Below, piece after piece: positions 52,449-62,248 of a stretch of DNA of 64,000 bases. The notes under the pieces are model-generated. The model was not told the DNA's origin, did no database searches, and saw only the letters and a program-made list of their open reading frames with translations. The stretch is from Pseudomonadota bacterium. GTDB taxonomy: Bacteria > Pseudomonadota > Alphaproteobacteria > Rhodobacterales > Rhodobacteraceae. Every line of letters starts with the position of its first letter. Within the stretch, counting starts at the first letter, position 1. The stretch spans positions 31,496-95,495 of the forward strand of contig JBCBDZ010000001.1 in NCBI GenBank assembly GCA_038529225.1. The letters are read 5' to 3'. The translations under genes and the position numbers were made by a program.

Positions 52449-53438
52449 ATGACAGCGCCGCCACCTCATTTGCTGAAACAGGCTCTGCATCACCTGAACT
52501 GGACGCGATCGATACTGGATGAGACCGGGCTCAACGCTCCGGAGCAGGATCCGGAGGGGGGGCGGGACATGTCTCCGGCGGCCCTGCTGGCAGAGTGCCA
52601 GGCACTGCTGGATGCAAGCCCCGCCTGCCCGCCGCCTGTCATACGCAGCCTGCATCACATGGCCTGCTCGGGCGGCACACTGATTGCGCAGATGCTGGGC
52701 GCCCAGGCCAATGTACGCCTGCTGAGCGAGGTCAACCCATTCAGCACCCAGCTGGACAAACGGCAATTGTTCCGCCCGTCCGATGTCAGCTTTCTGGCCC
52801 GGCACGGCACGCGCCCCGTGGATCAGCGCATCGTGCAAGAGCTGTTTGAGGCAGAGGTCGGGGTCCTGGCCAGCCGGTCCCACCAGTCCGGGCATATCCT
52901 GCTGTTGCGCGACCATGCCCACAGCGCCTATTGCCTCGGAACAGAGCCGCAAAAGGCGCCAAAGCTGCATGACATTCTGACGTCCCGCTTCGAGACCCGC
53001 CCATTGGTGACCGTTCGGCATCCGCTCGATTGTTATCTCAGCCTGCAGGCCAATGGCTGGCTGCACTTCACACCCGCCACTCTGGACGAATATGCCCGCC
53101 GCGTGCGGATGTTTCTGCACGATCACGGGGATATTGCCGTGCTCCGCTACGAAGACATTCTGGCCGATCCCGAGGCGCGGATGAAAGGCGCCTGTGACGC
53201 GCTGGACCTGCCCTTCGACCCGCAGACTCTGACCCCCAACAGCGCCATTGCGCTGTCCGGCGGCAGTGGCCGGCACACCGCCAGGCTCGGCGCACGGCCC
53301 CGTCGCCCGGTCCCGGTCGCGCTGCGGCGCATGGCGACCCGCAGTCCGGACTATCAGGAATTGTGCGCCCGGTTGGGCTATGCCCCCGCGCCGGACGCCC
53401 CGCCGGTCATCGGGCCCCTGCCCCCGGCCGCCGCATGA
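52449..53438 (+). CDS. Sulfotransferase family protein
   Basis: HMACSGGTLI, LSEVNP, VRHPLDCYLS and LRYEDILADP. Confidence 0.78.
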   Translation: MTAPPPHLLKQALHHLNWTRSILDETGLNAPEQDPEGGRDMSPAALLAECQALLDASPACPPPVIRSLHHMACSGGTLIAQMLGAQANVRLLSEVNPFSTQLDKRQLFRPSDVSFLARHGTRPVDQRIVQELFEAEVGVLASRSHQSGHILLLRDHAHSAYCLGTEPQKAPKLHDILTSRFETRPLVTVRHPLDCYLSLQANGWLHFTPATLDEYARRVRMFLHDHGDIAVLRYEDILADPEARMKGACDALDLPFDPQTLTPNSAIALSGGSGRHTARLGARPRRPVPVALRRMATRSPDYQELCARLGYAPAPDAPPVIGPLPPAAA

Positions 53439-53459
53439 CGGACAGGCCCCCGAACGGGC

Positions 53460-54770
53460 TCAGGCGGCCGCATACCAGCGGCCAATGGCCATCAGGTCGA
53501 TCATTCCGCCCACCCGACTGTCGGATGATGACCGCAGGCTGACCTGGGCCTGGGTTGCCGTCGGGGCGACCTCATTGGCAAAGCTCAGGGCCTGGGTGGT
53601 CTGCTGGGCCACGCCAAAGACCTTGGGTGGTGCCGCGAATTCGGCAGGGAAACTCCACGTGGCCGGGCCTGATGTGAACAGGCTGCGGGAATGAAAACAC
53701 TGCTGGGTGCCATCGGCATAGCGCACATATTGGCCGTTGCCATTGCTGGCGGTCTCGATCACGGCCCCGCTGGGCACACCGCCCACCTGGCTCACGGGCC
53801 CAACCGCGTTGACGGTGGTCAGGCTGCGCGCCCAGGGGCTCCAGACGCCCCCCACCATGCCACGCGACCACAGCGTGCCATCACTGGCCTGGGCCTGCTG
53901 CACATAGGCACCGTTCACCTGCCCCAGATGCATCACCACACCGTTGCCTGCAAAGGGCGCACCTGCCGTGGTGACCTCAAACCGGTAAATCCCTGTCAGC
54001 GCGAGGCTGTCCAGGTCGTCGCCGGGTGCCAGGCTCAGCTCTTGCGCCGCAAGCCCCAGGCCAAAAATGCCCCGCCCCGTCAGGATCCGCGGGACCTGCC
54101 CGATGCCCGCATCGGTGGCCGTCGCCTGCACCGCAGCGCCCGACAGCAGGCCAGTGCCCGTGTCGACCACAAGCGCATCGCTCCATGCGGCCCCGTCAGC
54201 AGAGACCCTGATGTGAAAATCCGTATCCCCCGTCAAACCCATTTCGGCATGACCGGCAAAATCGGACTGATACAGCAGCGACACCGTATCCTCGGATGCG
54301 GCCTTGTTCAGCTTCAGCTGATGGCCCGCACCCGCATGGTTCAGCAGCGTCGCCTCGGCTGAGACGGACAACCGGTTGACGGCATCAAAGCTCGCGCCGA
54401 TGCCAACCCCCGACACATTCTGCAAATCCGCCCCTGTGCCCTGCCAGATGCCGCCCTGATAGACCCGCATGACACCGGCCCCCTTGTCCCAGCCGTGCCA
54501 GCCATCGCTCGGGGGCAAAAACAGCCAGGCCGTGCCGGTCCAATAGGCCAATTGCCCGCCCTGCCCGGCCCAGCCCCCCTGCGGCGTGGCCGCCAGCGCA
54601 TATAGCGCGCCCTGATCCGGCACCACGGGCGGGTCAATGGCCTCAACCGCCTCCAGGGTCAGCAGCGTCAGCGCATCCAGCCGCTGCAGCGCCTCGTTGT
54701 GGGTCACGTGTTTCTGGGCCTGTGAAGGGGCAATATAGGGAAGGCCAAGTCGCGCAGACGTGTCAGACAT
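53460..54770 (-). CDS. DUF2793 domain tail-fibre protein (RcGTA Rcc00171-like)
   Basis: MSDTSARLGLPYIAPSQAQKHVTHNEALQRLD is the DUF2793 N-terminus. C-terminal knob/fibre motifs DLDSL..TGIY, WSPW and NGQYVRYADGTQ. Confidence 0.88.
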   Translation of the reverse strand: MSDTSARLGLPYIAPSQAQKHVTHNEALQRLDALTLLTLEAVEAIDPPVVPDQGALYALAATPQGGWAGQGGQLAYWTGTAWLFLPPSDGWHGWDKGAGVMRVYQGGIWQGTGADLQNVSGVGIGASFDAVNRLSVSAEATLLNHAGAGHQLKLNKAASEDTVSLLYQSDFAGHAEMGLTGDTDFHIRVSADGAAWSDALVVDTGTGLLSGAAVQATATDAGIGQVPRILTGRGIFGLGLAAQELSLAPGDDLDSLALTGIYRFEVTTAGAPFAGNGVVMHLGQVNGAYVQQAQASDGTLWSRGMVGGVWSPWARSLTTVNAVGPVSQVGGVPSGAVIETASNGNGQYVRYADGTQQCFHSRSLFTSGPATWSFPAEFAAPPKVFGVAQQTTQALSFANEVAPTATQAQVSLRSSSDSRVGGMIDLMAIGRWYAAA

Positions 54771-54863
54771 AAAGGCAGCCTCGTGTCGGGTTTCCGGAGC
54801 GCCGAAAATCCGATCTGGCCGTTGAGACAATGTGAACGCAGCGCGCGCCGCATTCATACGTTG

Positions 54864-55016
54864 TTAGCTATCCCGCTCCCGGGTCCGCGCCGCCAGAGCC
54901 TCTTCCAGGGCGATACGCCTGCGGGTTTCAGTCTCTAACAGGGCCTGTTGCGCCGCAAGACGCGCCTCCAGCAGGGCAATCCGCTCCTGCAGCTCCGCCA
55001 GGTCCGCATCGGCCAT
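54864..55016 (-). CDS. Small coiled-coil protein (50 aa), not in the ORF track
   Basis: MADADLAELQERIALLEARLAAQQALLETETRRRIALEEALAARTRERDS*. ATG 3 bp after the repA stop. Confidence 0.55.
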   Translation of the reverse strand: MADADLAELQERIALLEARLAAQQALLETETRRRIALEEALAARTRERDS

Positions 55017-55019
55017 GGC

Positions 55020-56054
55020 CTAGCCTTTCCCCGCCTGCACCCGCACCCAGCCCAGAAACGCCTTGTCCGCGCGGCTCAGATGCGGACGCCCCGACGCATG
55101 CCATACGGCCCGCCAATCGGCCTCCAGCGCATAGACATCGGCCCCCGGATAAAGCGTGCGGGCCGCCTCCAGCGTGTCAGGGTCCAGAACCGGCATGCCA
55201 AGGGCACCGGGCTCGATCACGGCATCCTTGCGATGGACGACAATCCTGTCGCCGGACACTTCCTCAAGCTGGTAATCGGGCAGAAGATCCGCCGCCACCA
55301 TCCGCCGAATGGCCGCCCGGAACACCCGCAGCGGGGCGGCAGAGCCGGACTTCTTGTGCAGGATCTGCATGCTGATCTGCCAGCTCGCCTGCCGACCGCA
55401 ATGCTTGCGTGCCAGCTCATAGACCCGCCGCTCCAGCGGTTTGCGCAGCCGGAAATACTCCCGGTTCAGCGTCAGGACCGACTTCGACAGAACCGCGCGA
55501 TAAAGCCACTCCGACAAGGTGACAGAGACCGACACCATGCGCCCGCCCCGGCTCTTGCGCACAATCTCCCAGCTCTCGATCAAGCCAAAGCCGCGCGTCG
55601 TCTCGGTGCCACCGGTCGACAGATTGGTGGTGATGCGGGTGCCCGAGAGCCGCTCAAAACTGTCACGCAGACGGGCATAGCCGTCCCCGGACGTGTCCCG
55701 ATTTGTCGCCACCAGCAAATCATGCGCCTTGAGGGTCAGGTGCCGCGACAGGTCCCGGCCCGCATTCAGCGCCGCCATCAGCTGGCTGATGCAATAGATC
55801 AGGATGTCCTTGTCATGGATCGTCGCCCGACCCTTGACCGACGGCGTGATCTGCACCTCCGTGCCATTATGGGCATAGCTCAGCACCCGCCGGTCCGGCC
55901 GTGTTGCCAGTGAGAAAATCGGATGCTCCATCGACGCCAGATCGTCCTTGGGCACGGCATCGAACACATCACACACAAAGAAATCGGCCGTGGGATGTCG
56001 ATCAGGCAGCAGCGCTGCACCCGTCCCTCCGCCGCGGATCGTATCTGCCGCCAT
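55020..56054 (-). CDS. repA: Plasmid replication initiator protein A (RPA family)
   Basis: LLPDRHP..DFFVCD...KDDLASMEHPIFSL, ATIHDKDILIYCISQL and YFRLRKPLERRVYELARKHCG. Confidence 0.93.
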   Translation of the reverse strand: MAADTIRGGGTGAALLPDRHPTADFFVCDVFDAVPKDDLASMEHPIFSLATRPDRRVLSYAHNGTEVQITPSVKGRATIHDKDILIYCISQLMAALNAGRDLSRHLTLKAHDLLVATNRDTSGDGYARLRDSFERLSGTRITTNLSTGGTETTRGFGLIESWEIVRKSRGGRMVSVSVTLSEWLYRAVLSKSVLTLNREYFRLRKPLERRVYELARKHCGRQASWQISMQILHKKSGSAAPLRVFRAAIRRMVAADLLPDYQLEEVSGDRIVVHRKDAVIEPGALGMPVLDPDTLEAARTLYPGADVYALEADWRAVWHASGRPHLSRADKAFLGWVRVQAGKG

Positions 56055-56116
56055 TGTCCTGCCTTTCCCCGCGCACCGGATGCCCGGGTCTTACCTGCTC
56101 GATCCTGCACCGACCC

Positions 56117-56254
56117 CCGGTTTTCAGATTCGGGGTTTCAGTGACACCACCCTAAAGTTATCCACAGGCCTGGTCCACACTCATGCCCGCCCGATCGGGG
56201 GACCGGAGTCGCAAAAGCGGGGGTTCAGAGTCAGTTCAACGGGGTATCAGAGTC
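56117..56254 (+). repeat. Iterons of the plasmid origin (consensus approx. CGGGGnTTCAGAGTC)
   Basis: Copies start at 56117, 56131, 56196, 56218 and 56240. The last three are 22 bp apart. Confidence 0.75.
56158..56166 (+). promoter_or_regulatory. DnaA box
   Basis: Perfect TTATCCACA among the iterons. Confidence 0.75.
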
Positions 56255-56512
56255 GGTTCATTTGCGGGCTGCGGCAAAAATCGACGCAATAAGAAGCACT
56301 TAGAGAAACAGGGTTTACCCTTAACTATAATATTAACCACATTTAACATGACAAAACCGGTTTTCGGCATGATCAGCGCGCCAAAACCACCATCACACCA
56401 GGCTGAAAACCAGTGAATTTCCTGAGAAAAGGCGCTGATGTTGCGGTTTTTCTTCCATGTATGCATTTTTGCTGTATTCTAATGAAAAGAGCGTACATCG
56501 AGCAGATAAGCC

Positions 56513-57898
56513 ATGAAATCCGAACCAAACATGCCCCCGCCCTATCTTGGGCTGGATCCTGATATTGCCGCAGGCCAGTTGGATGCCCCGGTGGAAACCG
56601 GGCATTTTGCCCATCTGGCCAAGGCCTGTGCCGTGGGGCGGTCCGATCTTGCCAGTCGCGGTCTGGAGCAGGACGGCAAACGCAAGCTGCGACTGTTTTC
56701 CACCTGGGAAATCACCCGCTATCTCATTCCCGTGGCCACCGGCCATTTTCGCCGGGTCCTCAAGCAAAACCCGGACCTGCCCCAAGGCCGGTCCGAGACC
56801 GAAGGCGGTGCCAAGTGGTTCTCCTTTGACGAAGTGCTGCGCCTGCGCGCACATTTCGCTGCGGAAGGGTCGAAGTCCAAATCCTACCAGCCCTACCGGC
56901 CCGCAAACCAGCCCGCCAAGATGGTGGCCGTCGCCAATTTCAAGGGCGGGGTGGGCAAGACCTCGACAGCTGCCCACCTGGCCATGTCCGCGGCGCTGGA
57001 TGGCTACCGCGTGCTGGTCATCGACCTCGACAGCCAGGGTTCCATGACGTCCATCTTCGGCGGCACGGTCGAAGATGAATGGCAGACCGTCTTTCCGCTG
57101 CTGGCGCGCCACTACATCAGCCATGTGCAGGCCGACAACCAAAGGCGGCTGGACCGGGGCGAGCCCCCTCAACCGCTCGAGGACAGCCTGCTCGAGGCGC
57201 GCGACATGGGCGCCGGCGACCTGATCCAGCCCACCCACTGGCCCAATATCGATCTGATCGGGGCGCAGCTGAACCTCTACTGGGCCGAATTCCAGATCCC
57301 GGTCTGGCGGATGGGCGCGCGCGGCTGGAAGCTGTGGGATGCGCTGTCGGAAAGCCTTGCCGCCGATGGGGTGCTGGATCAATACGATCTGATCTTCCTC
57401 GATACCCCCCCTGCCCTGGGATATCTGACGATCAACGGGCTTGCGGCGGCCGACATCCTGCTTGTCCCGCTGGGTGCGTCGTTCCTGGAATTCGACTCTA
57501 CGGGGCGGTTTTTTGACATGTTGCACGCCACGTTCGGCTCTATCGAAGAGGTCGAGAACATGGCCGCCCGCGCTCTGGGCCGGGACGGCATGGCGTTCGA
57601 ATGGGACGCGGTGCGCGCGGTCCTGACGCGCTATGACAACACCCAGCAGGCCGAACTGGCGGCGCTGATGCAATCCTATCTGGGGGCGACCCTGTCGCCG
57701 CACCGGCAGGGTTTTACCGCCCTCATCGGTCAGGCGGGCGAGCAGATCCAGGGGATTTACGAGGCCGATTATCGTGATTTCAACCGCGAAACCTATGTGC
57801 GCGGACGCGAAACCTTTGATCAGACCTGGGCTGCGGTAAAGTCCCTGATCATCGGGGCCTGGCGGCGGGACGAGCTGGCACGGGATGGTGCCGAATGA
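56513..57898 (+). CDS. parA: Plasmid partition ATPase ParA (with N-terminal HTH extension)
   Basis: NFKGGVGKTST deviant Walker A, IDLDSQG and DTPPALG. Divergent from repA. Confidence 0.93.
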   Translation: MKSEPNMPPPYLGLDPDIAAGQLDAPVETGHFAHLAKACAVGRSDLASRGLEQDGKRKLRLFSTWEITRYLIPVATGHFRRVLKQNPDLPQGRSETEGGAKWFSFDEVLRLRAHFAAEGSKSKSYQPYRPANQPAKMVAVANFKGGVGKTSTAAHLAMSAALDGYRVLVIDLDSQGSMTSIFGGTVEDEWQTVFPLLARHYISHVQADNQRRLDRGEPPQPLEDSLLEARDMGAGDLIQPTHWPNIDLIGAQLNLYWAEFQIPVWRMGARGWKLWDALSESLAADGVLDQYDLIFLDTPPALGYLTINGLAAADILLVPLGASFLEFDSTGRFFDMLHATFGSIEEVENMAARALGRDGMAFEWDAVRAVLTRYDNTQQAELAALMQSYLGATLSPHRQGFTALIGQAGEQIQGIYEADYRDFNRETYVRGRETFDQTWAAVKSLIIGAWRRDELARDGAE

Positions 57899-57925
57899 CA
57901 GATATTAGGTCCGATCCGGTCCCAT

Positions 57926-57943
57926 TGTTTCGCGTGCGAAACA
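57926..57943. promoter_or_regulatory. parS-like palindrome
   Basis: TGTTTCGC-GT-GCGAAACA between parA and parB. Resembles canonical TGTTTCACGTGAAACA. Confidence 0.55.
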
Positions 57944-58028
57944 TTCGCCGTGCGGTATCTTTACCCTTTGCCAAGCCGATGTGGCGATCCTCGGGGCCAA
58001 TAGTGGTCCCCCTGACAGGAGAAATCTG

Positions 58029-59033
58029 ATGGCCAAACGCAAACGCCTGACCCCGGCCAGTTCTACCTTTCTTGGTGCCGCGCCCGAGACCAAATCCGCG
58101 CTCGGGGCGCCCCTGCGTGCCGCACCGATTGCCGATATCGCACGTGACGCAGCCGCGAGTGCGGCCGCCGAAGACCTGTCGCGCGCCATGTCGGAGGCGC
58201 GCGCCGAAGGGCGCATGGTGATCTCTGTGCCGCTGGATGAGATCGATCTGGATTACCTGGTGCGCGACCGCGTCGTGTCCGATGACGAAGAGATGCAGAC
58301 ACTCAAGGAGAGCCTGCGCGCCCGCGGTCAGCAAACCCCGATCGAGGTCGTGGCACGCGAGGGGGCCCGCTATGGCCTGATCTCCGGCTGGCGCCGCTGC
58401 GCCGCCCTGCGGACCCTGTACGAGGAATCCTCAGAGCCGCGCTTTGCCTCCGTACTGTGCCTGTTGCGCCAACCGGCCGAACATGCCGAAAGCTATGTGG
58501 CCATGGTCGAGGAAAACGAGATCCGGGTCGGGCTGAGCTATTTCGAACGGGCACGGATCGTGGTGAAGGCTGTGGAGGAAGGTGTCTTTGAGACGGACCG
58601 CACCGCACTGCAGACCCTGTTCCAGTCGGCCTCGCGGGCCAAGCGCTCCAAGATCGGCAGCTTTCTGGGCGTGGTGCGGGCGCTGGACGGGGTGTTGCAC
58701 TTTCCTGCGGCCCTGACAGAGCGTCAGGGGCTGCACCTGGCCCGCGCGCTGGCCGAAGAGGACGGCCTGGCCGACACGCTGCGCAACACGCTGCAGGCGG
58801 CCTCCCTGACATCGCCAGAGGCCGAAACCGCGCTGCTGGCCAAAACAGTGGCCACGCCCCCGTCCAAACGCACCCCGCCGCCGCCTGCACCCTCGCCCAC
58901 GGCAGACAAGGGCAAGCCCGTGGTGGGGGGGATCCAGATGCAGTACGAGGCCGGGCGGCTGGTCCTTGAGGGCCGCGCCGTAAACGATGCGCTCCGCACC
59001 CGCCTGGTCACGTGGCTGCGCCAGAACAACTGA
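58029..59033 (+). CDS. parB: ParB family partition protein
   Basis: RGQQTPIEV, LISGWRR and ENEIRVGLSYFER. AGGAG RBS. Confidence 0.92.
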   Translation: MAKRKRLTPASSTFLGAAPETKSALGAPLRAAPIADIARDAAASAAAEDLSRAMSEARAEGRMVISVPLDEIDLDYLVRDRVVSDDEEMQTLKESLRARGQQTPIEVVAREGARYGLISGWRRCAALRTLYEESSEPRFASVLCLLRQPAEHAESYVAMVEENEIRVGLSYFERARIVVKAVEEGVFETDRTALQTLFQSASRAKRSKIGSFLGVVRALDGVLHFPAALTERQGLHLARALAEEDGLADTLRNTLQAASLTSPEAETALLAKTVATPPSKRTPPPPAPSPTADKGKPVVGGIQMQYEAGRLVLEGRAVNDALRTRLVTWLRQNN

Positions 59034-59247
59034 GCGGCCCGGCGGCTTTCAGCCCAAGTGGCGCATCTCTGCATCTGCCGTATGGCTCTTGGTGCTGGCC
59101 GCGTCATTTTCCTGTTATTTCCCGGGGCTTTGGGTCCGTCACGGACCAAAGCCGAGGCCAACCACCCGCAGTTGACACCCGTCGGCAAACATGTGCTCAG
59201 TTTCGCAAGGGTTCAAAGACGATCGAGGCGCCGTGACCGGAGGTGGA

Positions 59248-60222
59248 GTGACACGCGAGACTGTCAGGCTGGTGGCGCTGGTTGTGACCTACAATCGTTT
59301 GGCGCAACTCCAACAGACCCTGAAACGGCTGCGCGAGACACCGGCAGAGACGCTGCACCGTATCGTGGTTGTCGACAATGCCTCGACAGACGGCACGGCG
59401 CCCTGGCTGTCCGGGCTTGAGGACGCGCGGCTCGATATCATTCACCTGACGGAGAATACGGGCGGCGCCGGAGGCTTTGCCGCCGGGATGGGGCATGCAC
59501 GGGATGCCTATGACCCCGACTGGATGGTGGTGATGGATGATGACGCCCGCCCCGACCCGCATGCGCTTGAGGCCTTTCTGGCGCAGGAGCCGGACGCCTG
59601 GGACGCGGTCGCGGCGGCAGTCTATTTTCCCGATGGCCGGATTTGCGAGATGAACCGGCCCTCGCGCAATCCGTTCTGGTATCCCGGCGGGATATGGCGC
59701 GCGGTGCGCCAGGGCCGGGACGGGTTTCATCTGGCCCCTGCCCTGTATGACGGCAGCGAAACGGTGCCGATCGATGTGACGTCCTTTGTCGGGTTCTTCA
59801 TCTCGCGCAAGGGTCTGTCGCTGGCCGGTTTGCCGGATGCGGGATTGTTTCTTTATGGTGACGACGGGCTGTATACGCTGGGGCTGTCGGCGGCCGGAGG
59901 GCGCATCGGGTTTGATCCGAATATCCGGTTCGAACACGCCTGTTCGACCTTTTCGGATGCGCAGCGGGGCCGGTTCCGGCCCTTGTGGAAGGTCTATTAC
60001 TATCACCGCAACCTGTTGATGCTGTATCGCATGGCGGCAGGGCCGTGGTTCTGGCCCGCGCTGGTGCTGGTGGTGCCCAAATGGTTGCTCAAGGTGCGCA
60101 ACCACAGCGGCGAGCGGCGCCTGTTTCTGCGGCTTCTGGCGGGGGCTGTGCACGATGGTCTGCTGCGATCCACCGACCGCCCCCACAGCGCGGTCAAGGC
60201 GCTGGCTGAGCCGCGGGTGTGA
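59248..60222 (+). CDS. Glycosyltransferase family 2 (GlfT1-like)
   Basis: VVTYNR, VDNASTDGT, NTGGAGGF, MDDDARP and FLYGDD. GTG start. Confidence 0.85.
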   Translation: MTRETVRLVALVVTYNRLAQLQQTLKRLRETPAETLHRIVVVDNASTDGTAPWLSGLEDARLDIIHLTENTGGAGGFAAGMGHARDAYDPDWMVVMDDDARPDPHALEAFLAQEPDAWDAVAAAVYFPDGRICEMNRPSRNPFWYPGGIWRAVRQGRDGFHLAPALYDGSETVPIDVTSFVGFFISRKGLSLAGLPDAGLFLYGDDGLYTLGLSAAGGRIGFDPNIRFEHACSTFSDAQRGRFRPLWKVYYYHRNLLMLYRMAAGPWFWPALVLVVPKWLLKVRNHSGERRLFLRLLAGAVHDGLLRSTDRPHSAVKALAEPRV

Positions 60223-61349
60223 GGCGGGCCGGCCTCCGCGCCCTGGCACGGCGTGTGCCCGGCCCGTGGAGGCCGCGCAAGGGCAGCTGGGCCGTGTGTG
60301 CGATGGTTGCCGAGCCGCCCGAGCTGCTGTGCGCCTTTGCGGCCCATTACCTGTCGCTTGGGGCGGCCGAGGTCCATCTGTTCCTCGATGATCCCGACCA
60401 GCCCGGAATTGACCTGCTGAAGGGCTTGCCGCGTGTGCGTGTGACCCTGTGCACCGACCGGCACTGGCAGGCGCTGGCGGGACAGCGCCCGGTCAATCAG
60501 GTCATGCGCCAGATCCTGAATGCGAACCGGGCCTATGACCGGTGCCGCGCGGACTGGTTCCTGTTCTGTGATGCGGATGAATTCCTGATCACCAACGCGC
60601 CCGTGGCGGACCTGTTGCGCGGGGTTCCGGACTCTGTCCTGCAGTGCCGGGTGCCCATGGCGGAACGCGTCCTGTGCAGGGAAAAGGGGCAGGCGCATCT
60701 GTTTGACGGGGTGTTTCGCGTCCCGCTCAGACAAAACCCGGACGCGGTGCAGGCGGCTTATGGTGATCTTGCGGGCATGACCACGCACGGGCTGACGGGG
60801 CATCTGGCGGGCAAGACCTTTACCCGCGCGCGCAGATCCGATCTGCGCATCCGGCTGCATCTCTCGGTGCCTGCGGACCCCGAAGAGGAGGCGCGTCTGC
60901 GCAAGGCGGGCGCGCTGCGTCCGGGGCCGGACCTTGCGGGCAGTCGGCTGGTGCATTTTGACGGCATGACGCCCTTGCATTGGCAGCTCAAGATGTTGCG
61001 ATTCTACCTTGAGAACCCGCCAAAGGCACAAACCGGCGGCAAGGGGGGCTTTGCCAAGCGCACGCCGGCGCGGTCCCGGCAGGTCACTGCCGTCTATGAA
61101 GGGGCGGGGGACCCGGCGGCAATGGGCCGCTTGCGCCGTCTGATCGAACTGGACCCGGAAGCGCGCGCGACACTTGAGCGGGCAGGGGGGCTGTTACAGG
61201 CGAAATGCGACCCAAGAGAGTCGGTCAGACACTATCTGAAGCGGGATTTGCCCTTTGACGTGGCCACATTTGACGCCCGTTTGCGTGCCCGGCACGGGCC
61301 GCTGATTGCAGAATACGGGCTTGAGGATGCGCCTCCCGACAGGGGCTGA
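60219..61349 (+). CDS. Glycosyltransferase family 2-like (Glyco_tranf_2_4 type)
   Basis: AHYLSLGA..VHLFLDDP and WFLFCDADEFL. Confidence 0.75.
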   Translation: MRRAGLRALARRVPGPWRPRKGSWAVCAMVAEPPELLCAFAAHYLSLGAAEVHLFLDDPDQPGIDLLKGLPRVRVTLCTDRHWQALAGQRPVNQVMRQILNANRAYDRCRADWFLFCDADEFLITNAPVADLLRGVPDSVLQCRVPMAERVLCREKGQAHLFDGVFRVPLRQNPDAVQAAYGDLAGMTTHGLTGHLAGKTFTRARRSDLRIRLHLSVPADPEEEARLRKAGALRPGPDLAGSRLVHFDGMTPLHWQLKMLRFYLENPPKAQTGGKGGFAKRTPARSRQVTAVYEGAGDPAAMGRLRRLIELDPEARATLERAGGLLQAKCDPRESVRHYLKRDLPFDVATFDARLRARHGPLIAEYGLEDAPPDRG

Positions 61350-61368
61350 TTATGGTCTAAAACAGTCT

Positions 61369-62178
61369 CTAACGCGACAGAATGTGCCTATGATAGCGGC
61401 GCAACAGGACCACACCCATGAACAGGGACAGCAGCGAAACACTTGCCACATAGGCCGTGGATACATACGCGGCCTCATAGGTGGGATAGAATCCGGACCG
61501 CATCAGGCCGACAATGTGTACCAGCGGGTTGTACCACAGGATGTCCTGCGCCAGCGGGGGCATGTCCTCATAGAGAAAGATGATGCCCGAGATCAGAAAC
61601 AGCGGCCGGTTGACGATGCCCCAGATCTTGTCCCAGACCGAAATCAGCCCGATCAGCGCGCAGTTGAGCGCGCCGACCCCAAGGCTGAACAGGATGGCCA
61701 TGGCACTGGCGTCGACCACAGGTTGCAGGTCGATCAGGATCGGGTCCTCGAGCGAAAGGATGATCATCGTCAGCACCAGGGCCATCACCAGCAGGCCGGT
61801 GAGCATGTTGAGCAAGAACCGCGCCGTGACCGCATCGACCCAGGAGACAACCGGGTAGGCCAGCAGGTTCCGTGAAAAGATCAAGGACCGTGCAACTGAC
61901 ATCGCAACACTCTGATACAGGCTGAACGGGGCAAAACCGACGCCGAAAAACAGGATGAAACTGGTGCCCAGCGGCGGGGACCGCGCAATCAGCGCAAACC
62001 CGAGCGACAGGATGCCAATCATGCTCATCGGCTCCAGAACGGCCCAGATATACCCGCCCGGGGACCGGCCATAGCGCGACCCCATTTCCCGCAGGATCAG
62101 CGCACTGACCGTGCGCGCCATGCGAAACCGGTTTGCAGTGCCCGGCTTTGAAGGGGGCGGTGTATCTGCCAGGGTCAT
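61369..62178 (-). CDS. kpsM: Capsular polysaccharide ABC transporter permease
   Basis: ALILREMGSRYGRSPGGYIWAVLEP and WYNPLVH. ABC-2 membrane protein. Confidence 0.9.
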   Translation of the reverse strand: MTLADTPPPSKPGTANRFRMARTVSALILREMGSRYGRSPGGYIWAVLEPMSMIGILSLGFALIARSPPLGTSFILFFGVGFAPFSLYQSVAMSVARSLIFSRNLLAYPVVSWVDAVTARFLLNMLTGLLVMALVLTMIILSLEDPILIDLQPVVDASAMAILFSLGVGALNCALIGLISVWDKIWGIVNRPLFLISGIIFLYEDMPPLAQDILWYNPLVHIVGLMRSGFYPTYEAAYVSTAYVASVSLLSLFMGVVLLRRYHRHILSR

Positions 62179-62248
62179 GTCATTGTTTCCAATAGAACTC
62201 GTGTCGCAGACTATGTAAGAAAGCGAAAGTCTTGCAAATGGAGGCTGT

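Noticed and set aside
56321-56348. Canonical CtrA box in the origin
   Set aside because: TTAA spacers are 8 and 6 nt, not 7. Kept only as possible half-sites.
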